From contig DAORPX010000001.1 of NCBI GenBank assembly GCA_035442145.1, positions 1 to 54,462 of the forward strand: a stretch of 54,462 nucleotides of DNA, written 5' to 3'. The translations under genes and the position numbers were made by a program. Positions 9,172-18,757 of the stretch are shown piece after piece. Numbering within the stretch: the first letter of the stretch is position 1; the number at the start of each line of letters is the position of its first letter. The DNA is from Nostocoides sp. Lineage in GTDB: Bacteria > Actinomycetota > Actinomycetes > Actinomycetales > Dermatophilaceae. The notes beneath the pieces are model-generated. The model was not told the origin of the DNA, made no database searches, and was given only the letters and a program-made list of their open reading frames with translations.

Positions 9172-10502
9172 GTGATGTCCCGCGTCGTACCGCCCAGCGG
9201 ACCGCCAAACTTGTTTCGCTGCCCTTGGGGATGGCCGGGCGGGGAGCAATCGGTCTTGGCAAGCGCGTGGGTGGCCAGTCTGCCGAAGCGGTCGCGGCAC
9301 AGTTCCAAGCCAAGACCGCTGAGCAGGTGTTCGCCGTCCTCGGTGAGCTCAAGGGTGGGGCAATGAAGATCGGGCAGGCCTTGTCGGTCATGGAGGCCGC
9401 CATGCCTGAGGAGTGGGCCGGGCCTTATCGCGCGACTCTGACCAAGCTGCAGGAGGCCGCCCCGCCGCTCCCCCCGGCGCAGGTGCACGCGGTGCTGGCC
9501 GCTGAGCTCGGCCCCCGGTGGCGCACGGCCAAGTTTCGCGATTTCGACGACATACCCGCGGCTGCCGCGTCGATTGGACAGGTCCACAAGGCCACCTGGC
9601 GCGACGGACGCACGGTCGCCGTGAAGATCCAGTACCCCGGCGCCCGGGATGCCTTGCTCAGCGACCTGACGCAGCTCTCGCGGGTTGCCCGCGTTGCCGC
9701 CGGGTGGATTCCCGGGCTGGACATCAAGCCGGTGATGGCCGAGTTGCGGGCCCGGATGAGCGAAGAGCTCGACTATCTGCTGGAGGCAGACCATCAGCGG
9801 GCATTCGCCGACGCCTTCCGCGGGGACCCCGACTTTGCCATCCCCGACGTGGTCCATGCCACCGCCAAGGTCCTGGTCAGCGACTGGCTTCCCGGCGTGC
9901 CCCTGTCGCGCATCATTGCGGAGGGGGGCACGGACACCCGCAATGCCGCCGCGCAGCTGTATCTGGAGTTCCTGCTCGCCGGGCCGGTCCGCTCGGGACA
10001 ACTGCACGCCGATCCGCACCCGGGCAACTTCCGCATCACCCCGGATGGACGGTTGGGAGTGCTGGATTTCGGCGCCGTCAACCGGCTCCCCAGCGGTCTC
10101 CCGCCGGCGATCGGCCGTCTCCTGACATTTGCGCTGGCCGGCGACGCCGATCAGCTGCTCGCGGGGCTGCGGGAGGAGGGCTTCATCAAGCCGTCCATCG
10201 CGGTCGACCCGCAGGAGCTGCTGGGGTATTTGGTGATGTTCCTGGAACCGCTCACCTATGAGCGCTACACCTTCGACCGCGCGTGGCTTCGCTCGGTGTC
10301 GCTGCGCGTCAACGACATTCGACGGCCCGAGTGGGTGGTGGGGATGAAACTCAATCTCCCGCCCGAGTATTTGTTGATCCATCGCGTTTGGCTCGGCGGG
10401 ATCGGTGTGCTGTGCCAGATCGGCGGCGAACTTCCGCCGCGAGAGGTCCTGGCGCGCTATCTGCCGGGCTTCGACCTCGCCCTGCTGCCGCCCGGGCGCT
10501 GA
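9168..10502 (+). CDS. ABC1/AarF/UbiB atypical kinase (Rv3197-like)
   Basis: KGGAMKIGQ, AAASIGQVHKA, VAVKIQYPG, EELDY, LHADPHPGN, LDFG; GTG start overlapping the upstream stop. Confidence 0.93.
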   Translation: MSDVPRRTAQRTAKLVSLPLGMAGRGAIGLGKRVGGQSAEAVAAQFQAKTAEQVFAVLGELKGGAMKIGQALSVMEAAMPEEWAGPYRATLTKLQEAAPPLPPAQVHAVLAAELGPRWRTAKFRDFDDIPAAAASIGQVHKATWRDGRTVAVKIQYPGARDALLSDLTQLSRVARVAAGWIPGLDIKPVMAELRARMSEELDYLLEADHQRAFADAFRGDPDFAIPDVVHATAKVLVSDWLPGVPLSRIIAEGGTDTRNAAAQLYLEFLLAGPVRSGQLHADPHPGNFRITPDGRLGVLDFGAVNRLPSGLPPAIGRLLTFALAGDADQLLAGLREEGFIKPSIAVDPQELLGYLVMFLEPLTYERYTFDRAWLRSVSLRVNDIRRPEWVVGMKLNLPPEYLLIHRVWLGGIGVLCQIGGELPPREVLARYLPGFDLALLPPGR

Positions 10503-10532
10503 GCCCGGCACGCCAGCTAGGCAGCGTCCCCG

Positions 10533-11105
10533 CTAGGTGGCGGATGTGGCCGCGGCCTTGGCGGCCTTCTTGAATGCGCGCACCTTGAGCAGCGATTGCT
10601 CGTCGACGACATCGGCGACGGAGCGAAACGAGCCGGGCTCGGCATACGGCCCGATGGCCTCGCGCCAGCCCGCGGGCTGCACCCCCAGCTGCTTGCCCAA
10701 GAGCGCGGCGAAGATGCGCGACTTCTGGATGCCGAACCCGGGCAGCGCGCTCAGTCGCCGCAGCAGGGTCGCCGTGTCGCCGCTCGTGCTCCAGATCGCG
10801 GCGGCATCCCCGTCATACTCCGCGAGGACCACACGCGCCAGGTCCTGCACCCGGCCCGCCATCGAGCGGCCGTAGCGATGGATCGCCGGCGGGGTGGCGC
10901 ACAGGTCGGCAAAGGCCACCGCATCCGCTGCGGCGATGGCTGCCGGATCGAGCGTTCCGAAGCGATCGAGGATCTTCGCCGGCCCGGCGAATGCGCGCTC
11001 CATCGGGAACTGCTGGTCCAGGAGCATCCCGACGAGCAGCGCGAACGGGTCGTTGCTCAACACCTCGTCGGCGTGCTCGTCCTGGGCGATTCGCAACTGC
11101 GGCAT
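10533..11105 (-). CDS. HhH-GPD-type base excision repair protein
   Basis: PFALLVGMLLDQQFPMERAFAGP, LPGFGIQKSRIF, RSVADV. Confidence 0.88.
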   Translation of the reverse strand: MPQLRIAQDEHADEVLSNDPFALLVGMLLDQQFPMERAFAGPAKILDRFGTLDPAAIAAADAVAFADLCATPPAIHRYGRSMAGRVQDLARVVLAEYDGDAAAIWSTSGDTATLLRRLSALPGFGIQKSRIFAALLGKQLGVQPAGWREAIGPYAEPGSFRSVADVVDEQSLLKVRAFKKAAKAAATSAT

Positions 11106-11113
11106 GAGGACAA

Positions 11114-11143
11114 GGGTATGCCGGGCGGGCACCCGGCATACCC
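11114..11143 (-). terminator. Hairpin downstream of ilvC built from an inverted pair of the GTATGCCG octamer
   Basis: GGGTATGCCGGG-CGGGCA-CCCGGCATACCC, perfect 12-bp stem 10 nt past the ilvC stop. Confidence 0.65.
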
Positions 11144-11153
11144 CCTCGCGTTC

Positions 11154-12185
11154 TCAGCGCGCGGCCGAGCCCTCGACGTAGTCGGTGTCGCGACCGGTGT
11201 CGACCCAGGCCATCAGGGCGCGCAGTTCACGGCCCGTCGCCTCGATCGGGTGCTGGGCACCCTTGGCGCGCAACGCCGTGAACTCGGGCGCCCCGGCGTC
11301 CTGGTCGTCGATGAAGCGCCGGGCGAAGGCACCGGAGGTGATGTCCGCGAGGACCGCCTTCATGTTCTCCTTCACCGACGGGTCGATGACCCGCGGGCCG
11401 GAGACGTAGTCGCCATACTCGGCCGTGTCGGAGACCGACCAGCGTTGCTTGGCGATCCCACCCTCGACCATCAGGTCGACGATGAGCTTGAGCTCGTGCA
11501 GGCACTCGAAATAGGCGACCTCCGGCTGGTAGCCGGCCTCGACCAGGGTCTCGAAGCCATACATGACCAGCTGCGAGGCACCGCCGCACAAGACCGACTG
11601 CTCACCGAAGAGATCGGTCTCGCACTCTTCGGTGAAGGTCGTCTTGATCCCGCCGGCCCGCAACCCGCCAATGGCCTTGGCGTATGAGGTCGCCAGCTCC
11701 CACGCGCCGCCGCTGGCGTCCTGCTCCACGGCCACCAGCACCGGAACGCCCCGGCCGTCCACATATTCGCGACGCACCAGATGCCCGGGGCCCTTGGGCG
11801 CGACCATGACGACATCGGCGCCGGCCTCGGGGGTGATGTAACCGAACCGGATATTGAAGCCGTGCCCGAAGAGCAGGGCGGCGCCGTCGCGCAGATTGGG
11901 CTGGATCTGCTCGGCATAGACCGTGCGCTGCACCTGATCCGGAGTCAGAATGACCACCAGGTCGGCTTCCTTGACCGCGTCCGCGACGGAGAGCACCCGC
12001 AAGCCCTGGTCCTGCGCCTTCGCCCGGGAGGGGCTGCCTTCCGCCAAACCGACGCGCACGTCGACCCCCGAGTCGCGCAGGTTGAGGGCGTGGGCGTGAC
12101 CCTGACTGCCGTATCCGATGACCGCAACCTTGCGGTTCTGGATCACCGACAGGTCGGCGTCGTCGTCGTAGAACATCTCGGCCAT
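11154..12185 (-). CDS. ilvC: Ketol-acid reductoisomerase
   Basis: [45 protein letters not shown]; AAGGAG RBS. Confidence 0.98.
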   Translation of the reverse strand: MAEMFYDDDADLSVIQNRKVAVIGYGSQGHAHALNLRDSGVDVRVGLAEGSPSRAKAQDQGLRVLSVADAVKEADLVVILTPDQVQRTVYAEQIQPNLRDGAALLFGHGFNIRFGYITPEAGADVVMVAPKGPGHLVRREYVDGRGVPVLVAVEQDASGGAWELATSYAKAIGGLRAGGIKTTFTEECETDLFGEQSVLCGGASQLVMYGFETLVEAGYQPEVAYFECLHELKLIVDLMVEGGIAKQRWSVSDTAEYGDYVSGPRVIDPSVKENMKAVLADITSGAFARRFIDDQDAGAPEFTALRAKGAQHPIEATGRELRALMAWVDTGRDTDYVEGSAAR

Positions 12186-12302
12186 GGTGGCCACTCCTTA
12201 GCGAAGGGGGTCAGGTGGATTTATGCGGGAAAGCGTATGCGGTGCGCCCGCGCCCGCCACCGATCGTCTCGCGAGGCGGTGGGAGCGATCGACGCGCGGG
12301 TG

Positions 12303-12815
12303 TCAGGCCGAGCGCAGCGCCCGGTCGGTGATCGAGCGGGAGCCGCGACCAAGCGCGACGATGCCGGACTGGACGAGCTCCTTGACGCCATACGGCTCCA
12401 GCAACTGGAGCAGGTCGTGAATCTTGTCGGCGTTGCCGGTGACTTCCACGCTCAACGCGTCGGGGGTCACGTCCACGACCTTGCCGCGGAAGAGCTGGAC
12501 GATCTCGGTGACCTGGCTGCGCGTGTGGGCGTCGGCACGCACCTTGACCAGGACGATCTGCCGTTGGACGGAAGACTCCCGGTCGAGCTCGACGACCTTG
12601 AGCACCTCGACGAGCTTGTTGAGTTGCTTGGTCACCTGCTCGAGCGGCAACTCCTCGACATCGACGACGACAGTGATCCGGGAGATGTCGGGGTGTTCGG
12701 TCGGCCCGACGGCCAGGGAGTCGATGTTGAAGCCGCGGCGCGAGAAGAGCGCCGAGATGCGCGCCAGGACGCCGGGCTTGTTCTCCACGAGCACGGAGAG
12801 GGTGTGCTTGGACAT
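12303..12815 (-). CDS. ilvN: Acetolactate synthase small subunit
   Basis: MSKHTLSVLVENKPGVLARISALFSRRGFNIDSLAVG, EQVTKQLNKLVEV. Confidence 0.97.
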   Translation of the reverse strand: MSKHTLSVLVENKPGVLARISALFSRRGFNIDSLAVGPTEHPDISRITVVVDVEELPLEQVTKQLNKLVEVLKVVELDRESSVQRQIVLVKVRADAHTRSQVTEIVQLFRGKVVDVTPDALSVEVTGNADKIHDLLQLLEPYGVKELVQSGIVALGRGSRSITDRALRSA

Positions 12816-12858
12816 GGGGTTCTCTAATCTCTGGTCGTGGGGTGGGGCGGCGGGGTGC

Positions 12859-14760
12859 TCACGAGCGACGGGAGCCGGTGGGCACGCCATCGTGATCGGC
12901 GTCGAGGTCCTGTTCCAGGGCTTCCGACTCCTCCCGATCCCATTGCGGCGCAGTGTCCTTGGCGATCTGAATGAGGTCATTCGACACGCCCGCAGCGACC
13001 ATCGGCCACACCATCGCATCACGTTCGACCACGAAGTCGATCACCACCGGAACGTCATTGATCTCCATTGCCTTCGCGATCACGGCGTCGAGGTCGTCCG
13101 GAGACTCGCACCGCAGGCCGACACAGCCATACGCCTCGGCCAGCTTGACGAAGTCGGGGATCCGCGAGCCCACCGAGGTGTGCAGATCGGTGTTCGAGTA
13201 GCGCTGGTTGTAGAACAGGGTCTGCCACTGCCGCACCATGCCAAGGCTGGAGTTGTTGATGATGGCGACCTTGATCGGGATGTTGTTGATGACACAGGTC
13301 GCGAGTTCCTGGTTGGTCATCTGAAAGCAGCCGTCGCCGTCGATGGCCCAGACCACGCGCTCGGGTTCGGCGACCTTGGCGCCCATGGCCGCGGGGACCG
13401 AGTAGCCCATGGTGCCAAGACCGCCGGAGTTGGCGAAGGAGTTGGGCCGCTCATAGGCGATGAATTGAGCTGCCCACATCTGGTGCTGGCCCACCCCGGG
13501 GACATAGATCGCCTCGGGGCCGGCAATCGCGCCGATCCGCTCGATGACGTGCTGGGGCATCAGTGCCTCGCTGGTGGGTGCGGTGTATCCCACCGGGAAG
13601 GTGGCCTTCCAACCGAGGGTCGTCTCGCGCCAGGCCTCGTATGCCGCGGGGCCGATCGCGAACTCGCCGTGCCCGACCGCGAGCAGCAAGTCGGCGATGA
13701 TCGCCTTCGCATCGCCGACGATTGGGACATCCGCCGTCCGGTTCTTGGAGATCTCGGCCGGGTCGATGTCCGCGTGAATCACCTTGGCGCCGGGGGCAAA
13801 GGACTTCAGCTCGCCGGTGACCCGGTCATCGAACCGGGCACCGAGGGTGATGAGGAGATCGGACTTCTGCAAGGCGGTGACGGCCGCCACCGACCCGTGC
13901 ATACCCGGCATACCCAAGTGCAGTGCGTGCGAGTCCGGGAAGGCGCCCCGCGCCATCAAGGTGGTGACGACCGGGATGCCGGTGGCCTCGACGAAGGCGG
14001 CGAGTTCCGGGGCCGCGTGGGCCCGGATGATGCCGCCACCGACATAGAGCACCGGCCGGCTCGCGGCCTTGATCAGCCGGGCCGCCTCACGAATCTGCTT
14101 GGCGTGTGGCCGAGTGACCGGGTGGTAGCCGGGCAGGGCGATCTTCGGCGGCCAGTCGAAGGTCGTCTTGGCCTGCAGGGCGTCCTTGGAGATGTCCACC
14201 AGGACCGGGCCCGGCCGCCCGGTCGCGGCAATGTGGAAGGCCTCCGCGATCACGCGCGGAATCTCGTCGGCGTTGGTGACGAGATAGTTGTGCTTGGTGA
14301 TCGGCATCGTGATGCCGCGGATGTCTGCCTCCTGGAAGGCGTCCGTGCCAATCGAGCGTGAGGCGACCTGGCCGGTGATGGCAACCATGGGGACCGAATC
14401 CATATAGGCGTCGGCGATCGGGGTGACCAGATTGGTCGCGCCCGGCCCCGAGGTGGCCATGCAGACCCCGACCTTGCCGGTGGCGGCGGCATACCCCTCT
14501 GCTGCATGTCCTGCGCCCTGCTCGTGGCGGACCAGGATGTGCCGGACCTTGGTGGAGTCCAGCAAAGGGTCGTATGCCGGCAAGATGGCTCCCCCCGGCA
14601 GGCCGAACACGGTGTCGGCACCGACGGCTTCGAGGCTGAGGATGAGCGACTGCGCGCCCGTCACCTCGCCAGGGGTCGCGGACTGTGGCTGGGCCTTGTG
14701 GGCCATCGTCGCCGGACTCGGCGCCGCGGATTGCGCGGGCGCAAGGTCACTCGTCGTCAT
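12859..14760 (-). CDS. ilvB: Acetolactate synthase large subunit
   Basis: [36 protein letters not shown] ThDP motif, [12 protein letters not shown]. Confidence 0.97.
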   Translation of the reverse strand: MTTSDLAPAQSAAPSPATMAHKAQPQSATPGEVTGAQSLILSLEAVGADTVFGLPGGAILPAYDPLLDSTKVRHILVRHEQGAGHAAEGYAAATGKVGVCMATSGPGATNLVTPIADAYMDSVPMVAITGQVASRSIGTDAFQEADIRGITMPITKHNYLVTNADEIPRVIAEAFHIAATGRPGPVLVDISKDALQAKTTFDWPPKIALPGYHPVTRPHAKQIREAARLIKAASRPVLYVGGGIIRAHAAPELAAFVEATGIPVVTTLMARGAFPDSHALHLGMPGMHGSVAAVTALQKSDLLITLGARFDDRVTGELKSFAPGAKVIHADIDPAEISKNRTADVPIVGDAKAIIADLLLAVGHGEFAIGPAAYEAWRETTLGWKATFPVGYTAPTSEALMPQHVIERIGAIAGPEAIYVPGVGQHQMWAAQFIAYERPNSFANSGGLGTMGYSVPAAMGAKVAEPERVVWAIDGDGCFQMTNQELATCVINNIPIKVAIINNSSLGMVRQWQTLFYNQRYSNTDLHTSVGSRIPDFVKLAEAYGCVGLRCESPDDLDAVIAKAMEINDVPVVIDFVVERDAMVWPMVAAGVSNDLIQIAKDTAPQWDREESEALEQDLDADHDGVPTGSRRS

Positions 14761-14804
14761 CTCGATCTCTCGCTCAATTCGGTTCTCGGTCGCGACATTC
14801 CAAC

Positions 14805-14838
14805 AAAAAACCCCGCAGTCCGCAGGGGGACGTCGGGG
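14805..14838 (-). terminator. Attenuator terminator of the ilvBNC leader
   Basis: Minus strand CCCCGACGTCC-CCCTGC-GGACTGCGGGG-TTTTTT: GC stem with a 2x2 internal loop and U-tract, upstream of ilvB. Confidence 0.8.
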
Positions 14839-14861
14839 TGAGCGCGCTAGCCGTTTGGGGG

Positions 14862-14897
14862 CTATGCGCGCCGATCAATTACGAGGAGGAATGCCAC
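14862..14897 (-). CDS. ilvB attenuation leader peptide [11 protein letters not shown]; missing from the ORF track
   Basis: GTG GCA TTC CTC CTC GTA ATT GAT CGG CGC GCA TAG: consecutive Leu-Leu-Val-Ile codons directly before the terminator. Confidence 0.8.
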   Translation of the reverse strand: MAFLLVIDRRA

Positions 14898-15000
14898 GCC
14901 CCAACTGTGACCCGCCGCCACCACGCACGTCAACGCAATCCGCAGTCGTCTCACGGTGCGGACTGGTCATCTCAGACACAGCCACGCCGAAGTACCGGCA

Positions 15001-16845
15001 TCAGGGCACGACGCGCACCGCGCCGTCCGCCGCCGAACTCGCCAGCATCGCGTAGGCCCGCAGCGCGGCCGAGACCGGGCGGTCCCGATCGAGCGGGGTG
15101 AAAGGCCGCTCCCGGGCCTCCTGCTTGGCCCGGCGTTCGGCCAAAATCTCGTCGGCGACGGCCAGGTTCAGCGACCGACCGGGAATGTCGATCTCGATGA
15201 TGTCGCCATCCTCGATCAACGCGATGGCACCGCCACTGGCCGCCTCCGGGGAAATGTGCCCGATGGACAGCCCCGACGTGCCGCCGGAGAAGCGGCCGTC
15301 GGTGATGAGCGCGCACTGCTGCCCGAGACCACGACCCTTGAGGAAGGAGGTCGGATACAGCATCTCCTGCATCCCCGGGCCACCCTTGGGCCCCTCATAG
15401 CGGATGACCACCACGTCGCCGGCCACGACCGACTTGTCGAGGATCCCGGCGACGGCCTCGTCCTGGGACTCAAAGACCCGGGCTCGGCCACTGAACTGCC
15501 ATACGGCCTCGGGTACTCCGGCGGTCTTGACGACGCACCCGTCCGGGGCGATATTGCCGGTGAGCACGGCGAGCCCGCCGTCGACGGTGTAGGCGTGCTC
15601 AAGGTCCCTGATGCACCCCTGCGAAGCGCTGGTGTCCAGGCTGACCCAGCGGTTCGTGGTGGAAAAGGGCTCGGTGGTGCGCACCCCGCCCGGGGCGGCG
15701 TGGAAGAGCTCGAGGGCTGCGTCGGAGGCGGAACCGCCGCGAATATCCCACTCCCCCAGCCATTGCGACAGGGATGGGCTGTGCACCGCATGCACTTCGC
15801 GTTCGAGGAGCCCAGCGCGATCCAGCTCGCCGAGGATGGCCGGGATGCCGCCCGCCCGGTGCACATCCTCCATGTGGTACTTCGGGCTATTGGGGGCCAC
15901 CTTGGCCAGACACGGCACCCGCCGAGAGATGGCATCGATGTCCGCCATCCGGAAGTCCAGGTCGGCCTCGCGGGCGGCGGCGAGCAGGTGCAGCACCGTG
16001 TTGGTGGAGCCGCCCATGGCCACATCGAGGGCGAAGGCATTGGTGAACGCGGCGCGGGAGGCGACATGGCGCGGCAGGACCGACGCGTCGTCGCCGTCGT
16101 AGTAGCGCCGGCACAAGTCGACCACCACCGCGCCCGCGCGCAGGAACACCTCCTTGCGCGCCGCGTGCGTGGCCAGGGTCGAACCATTGCCCGGCAGGGA
16201 CAACCCCACGGCCTCGGTCAGGCAGTTCATCGAGTTGGCGGTGAACATCCCGGAGCAGGACCCGCAGGTGGGGCACGCCGCGCGCTCGATGGCGCCGAGT
16301 TGCTCGTCGGTGACCGCGTCATTGGAGGCGGCGATCATCGCGTCGATCAAGTCGATCTTTTCGTGCACGATGCCCTCGACGGCGACGGTCTTGCCGGCCT
16401 CCATCGGACCGCCCGAGACGAAGACGGCGGGGATGTTGAGCCGCAAGGCGGCCATCAGCATGCCCGGCGTGATCTTGTCGCAATTGGAGATGCACACCAG
16501 CGCGTCGGCGCAGTGGGCGTTGACCATGTATTCCACGGCGTCGGCGATCAGCTCGCGGGAGGGCAGGGAATAGAGCATCCCGCTGTGCCCCATGGCGATG
16601 CCGTCGTCCACGGCGATGGTGTTGAACTCCTTGGCCACTCCGCCGGCCGCCACGACGGCCCCGGCGACGAGTTGCCCCATGTCCTTCAGGTGCACGTGGC
16701 CGGGAACGAACTGCGTAAAGCTGTTGGCAATCGCCACGATCGGCTTGCCGAAGTCGTCATCGGTCATTCCGGTCGCACGCCACAGGGCGCGGGCACCGGC
16801 CATGGTCCGGCCATGAGTCGAGGTCCGAGAGCGCAGGTCAGGCAT
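15001..16845 (-). CDS. ilvD: Dihydroxy-acid dehydratase
   Basis: [59 protein letters not shown]. Confidence 0.98.
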   Translation of the reverse strand: MPDLRSRTSTHGRTMAGARALWRATGMTDDDFGKPIVAIANSFTQFVPGHVHLKDMGQLVAGAVVAAGGVAKEFNTIAVDDGIAMGHSGMLYSLPSRELIADAVEYMVNAHCADALVCISNCDKITPGMLMAALRLNIPAVFVSGGPMEAGKTVAVEGIVHEKIDLIDAMIAASNDAVTDEQLGAIERAACPTCGSCSGMFTANSMNCLTEAVGLSLPGNGSTLATHAARKEVFLRAGAVVVDLCRRYYDGDDASVLPRHVASRAAFTNAFALDVAMGGSTNTVLHLLAAAREADLDFRMADIDAISRRVPCLAKVAPNSPKYHMEDVHRAGGIPAILGELDRAGLLEREVHAVHSPSLSQWLGEWDIRGGSASDAALELFHAAPGGVRTTEPFSTTNRWVSLDTSASQGCIRDLEHAYTVDGGLAVLTGNIAPDGCVVKTAGVPEAVWQFSGRARVFESQDEAVAGILDKSVVAGDVVVIRYEGPKGGPGMQEMLYPTSFLKGRGLGQQCALITDGRFSGGTSGLSIGHISPEAASGGAIALIEDGDIIEIDIPGRSLNLAVADEILAERRAKQEARERPFTPLDRDRPVSAALRAYAMLASSAADGAVRVVP

Positions 16846-16887
16846 ATCCCGATTGTCGCACCGCAGGCCCGCAGCCTCGAGCGGCGT

Positions 16888-17412
16888 TCAGGGGCGGGCC
16901 ACGTGGAAGCGCTCAAGACGGGCCGCGCCGAGGGCCAGGTCCTGCCAATGACCCGCAAAACTCAAAACCGCGATGCCGGTCGTCGGGAACCCGACCGCCA
17001 AGGCGTCGTGCGCCTGCGAGCTGCCCTCACCGTCGGCGAGCAGACTGGTCAGGGCTGGTATGCCGGGTGCGTGCCCCACCACCATCACCACGCTCGCGTC
17101 GTCCTCCGCCTCCCGCACCACCTGCAGGAGAGCCTCGGCTCCCGCGTTGTAGATGCGCTGGTCATAGCGCACGTCGGCCTCGCAGCAGCCGCCCGCCCAG
17201 ATCCCCTCGGCGGTCTGGCGCGCCCGTTCCGCCGATGAGCACAAGACCTCGTCGATGCCGATGTCGTGACCGTGCAGCCATGCCCCCGCGGCCTCGGCGT
17301 CGGCACGCCCCGCGGGTGTCAGCTCGCGTTCGTGATCCCCCTCCGAATTGGTTGCGGCCGCCTTGGCGTGCCGCACGAGGATCAGGGTCCGGTCCAGGGC
17401 TGCCGACGTCAT
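16888..17412 (-). CDS. sixA: SixA-type histidine phosphatase
   Basis: LILVRHAKA, DHERELT, CSSAERARQT, VVGHAPG; start uncertain (17412 or 17424). Confidence 0.85.
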   Translation of the reverse strand: MTSAALDRTLILVRHAKAAATNSEGDHERELTPAGRADAEAAGAWLHGHDIGIDEVLCSSAERARQTAEGIWAGGCCEADVRYDQRIYNAGAEALLQVVREAEDDASVVMVVGHAPGIPALTSLLADGEGSSQAHDALAVGFPTTGIAVLSFAGHWQDLALGAARLERFHVARP

Positions 17413-17568
17413 ACGCCCTAGCATGCCCCCTTCCAGATTGGGTTCACGATCTGGGGGGAATAACCCTTCGGTCCTTGCTACTTTGTCCCCGACGGTGATC
17501 ACCCCGCACTGGAGCGCGGCGGCCCGGCGTCATCCCACGACGCATGAACGAGAATGAGGTAGGCCTCA

Positions 17569-18291
17569 ATGACGAATGCCGTTGACGACATCCTGGGCAG
17601 CCTGGACATCGACCAGCTGGCCGCGATGGTCGGGGGCGATCCTGCCGATGTCGCGCAGGCCGCCGCGGCCGCACTCCCGGCCCTGTTCGGCGGGCTGGAC
17701 GCCAACGCTCAAGACCCGATGGGCGCCAGTTCGATCCTCGACGCACTCGGGCAGCATGACGCCTCGCTGCTCGACGGCGGGGTCGATCTCGATGCGATCG
17801 ACACGCAGGACGGCGCGGCGATCACTCAGCACATTTTCGGAGACAACACCGAAGCCGTCTATAGCCAGTTGGGCGGCTATAGCGCTGCCGGTGGGCTCGG
17901 CGGTTCGCTCATCCGCCGCCTGCTGCCGATCCTGGCTCCCATCGTGCTGTCCTATGTCATGAAGCAGATGACCCAGCGCACCGGGGGCGGGACCAGCGCC
18001 GGGCGCTCCGGCGGTGGGCTCGACGACATCTTGGGACAGGTCCTTGGCGGCGGCCGCGAGCCGCAGGACTCCCCGGTCGACGCCGACGCCCTGCCGCAAC
18101 GCCGGGAGGCACCGCGCCCCGCCGAGCGGAGCAGCGAGTCCGCGGGCCAGCCCGACCTCGACTCGATCCTCAAGGATGTTCTCGGGGGCGCAGCCTCGGG
18201 TCAGAGTCAGCGCACCCAGACGCAGAGCGCGGGCGGCGGCTCGATCCTCACCGACATCCTGGGCGGGCTACTCGGCGGCGGACGTCGCTGA
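17569..18291 (+). CDS. DUF937 domain protein
   Basis: ALPALFGGL..NA, DGAAITQHIFG, LLPILAPIVLSY, repeated DILGxxLGG tail. Confidence 0.8.
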   Translation: MTNAVDDILGSLDIDQLAAMVGGDPADVAQAAAAALPALFGGLDANAQDPMGASSILDALGQHDASLLDGGVDLDAIDTQDGAAITQHIFGDNTEAVYSQLGGYSAAGGLGGSLIRRLLPILAPIVLSYVMKQMTQRTGGGTSAGRSGGGLDDILGQVLGGGREPQDSPVDADALPQRREAPRPAERSSESAGQPDLDSILKDVLGGAASGQSQRTQTQSAGGGSILTDILGGLLGGGRR

Positions 18292-18299
18292 CCCATGTC

Positions 18300-18743
18300 G
18301 TGAACCGTCTGGATATCCAGACGACCCGAATCGGCCAGGGGCCGGCCGTCCTGACACTAGTCGTGGATGGCGTGTCCCTGGCCGATCTCGTTGCGGCGTA
18401 TGAGGTTGCGCGCGGCTATGAGCCGGCTGGCGCCTATGGCGGCCTGGTTCCCGAGCGACTGAGCGTCATGGCCGATCGGGGCACCTACCTCCTCGGCACC
18501 AGCCCCGACCAGCTCCCCGCCATCGGGTCCGCGTGGTTGTTGGGGTGCTCGTGCGGGGAGGTCGGCTGCTGGCCACTGGTCGCGCGGATCGAGGTCTCCC
18601 CCCGGCGAGTGCGCTGGACCGACTTCTCCCAGCCCTTCAGGGGGTCCTGGGACTACACCGACTTCGGCCCGTTCGTCTTCACCCGGGGCGAGTATGAGGC
18701 CACAGTTGCCAGGGCCGCCCGCATGACTGCGGGCCCGGCGTAG
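18300..18743 (+). CDS. Hypothetical protein with CxCGxxGC motif
   Basis: 147 aa with plausible composition; LLGCSCGEVGCWPL, VRWTDF, GPFVFTRGEY. Confidence 0.65.
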   Translation: MNRLDIQTTRIGQGPAVLTLVVDGVSLADLVAAYEVARGYEPAGAYGGLVPERLSVMADRGTYLLGTSPDQLPAIGSAWLLGCSCGEVGCWPLVARIEVSPRRVRWTDFSQPFRGSWDYTDFGPFVFTRGEYEATVARAARMTAGPA

Positions 18744-18757
18744 CAGCCGCACCAGGA

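Noticed and set aside
14956-17238. Long antisense ORFs (also 54-1052, 12424-14361, 20345-21928, 22732-24486, 37737-39890, 52347-54143)
   Set aside because: Typical stop-poor shadow frames opposite well-supported high-GC genes, with no recognisable motifs.
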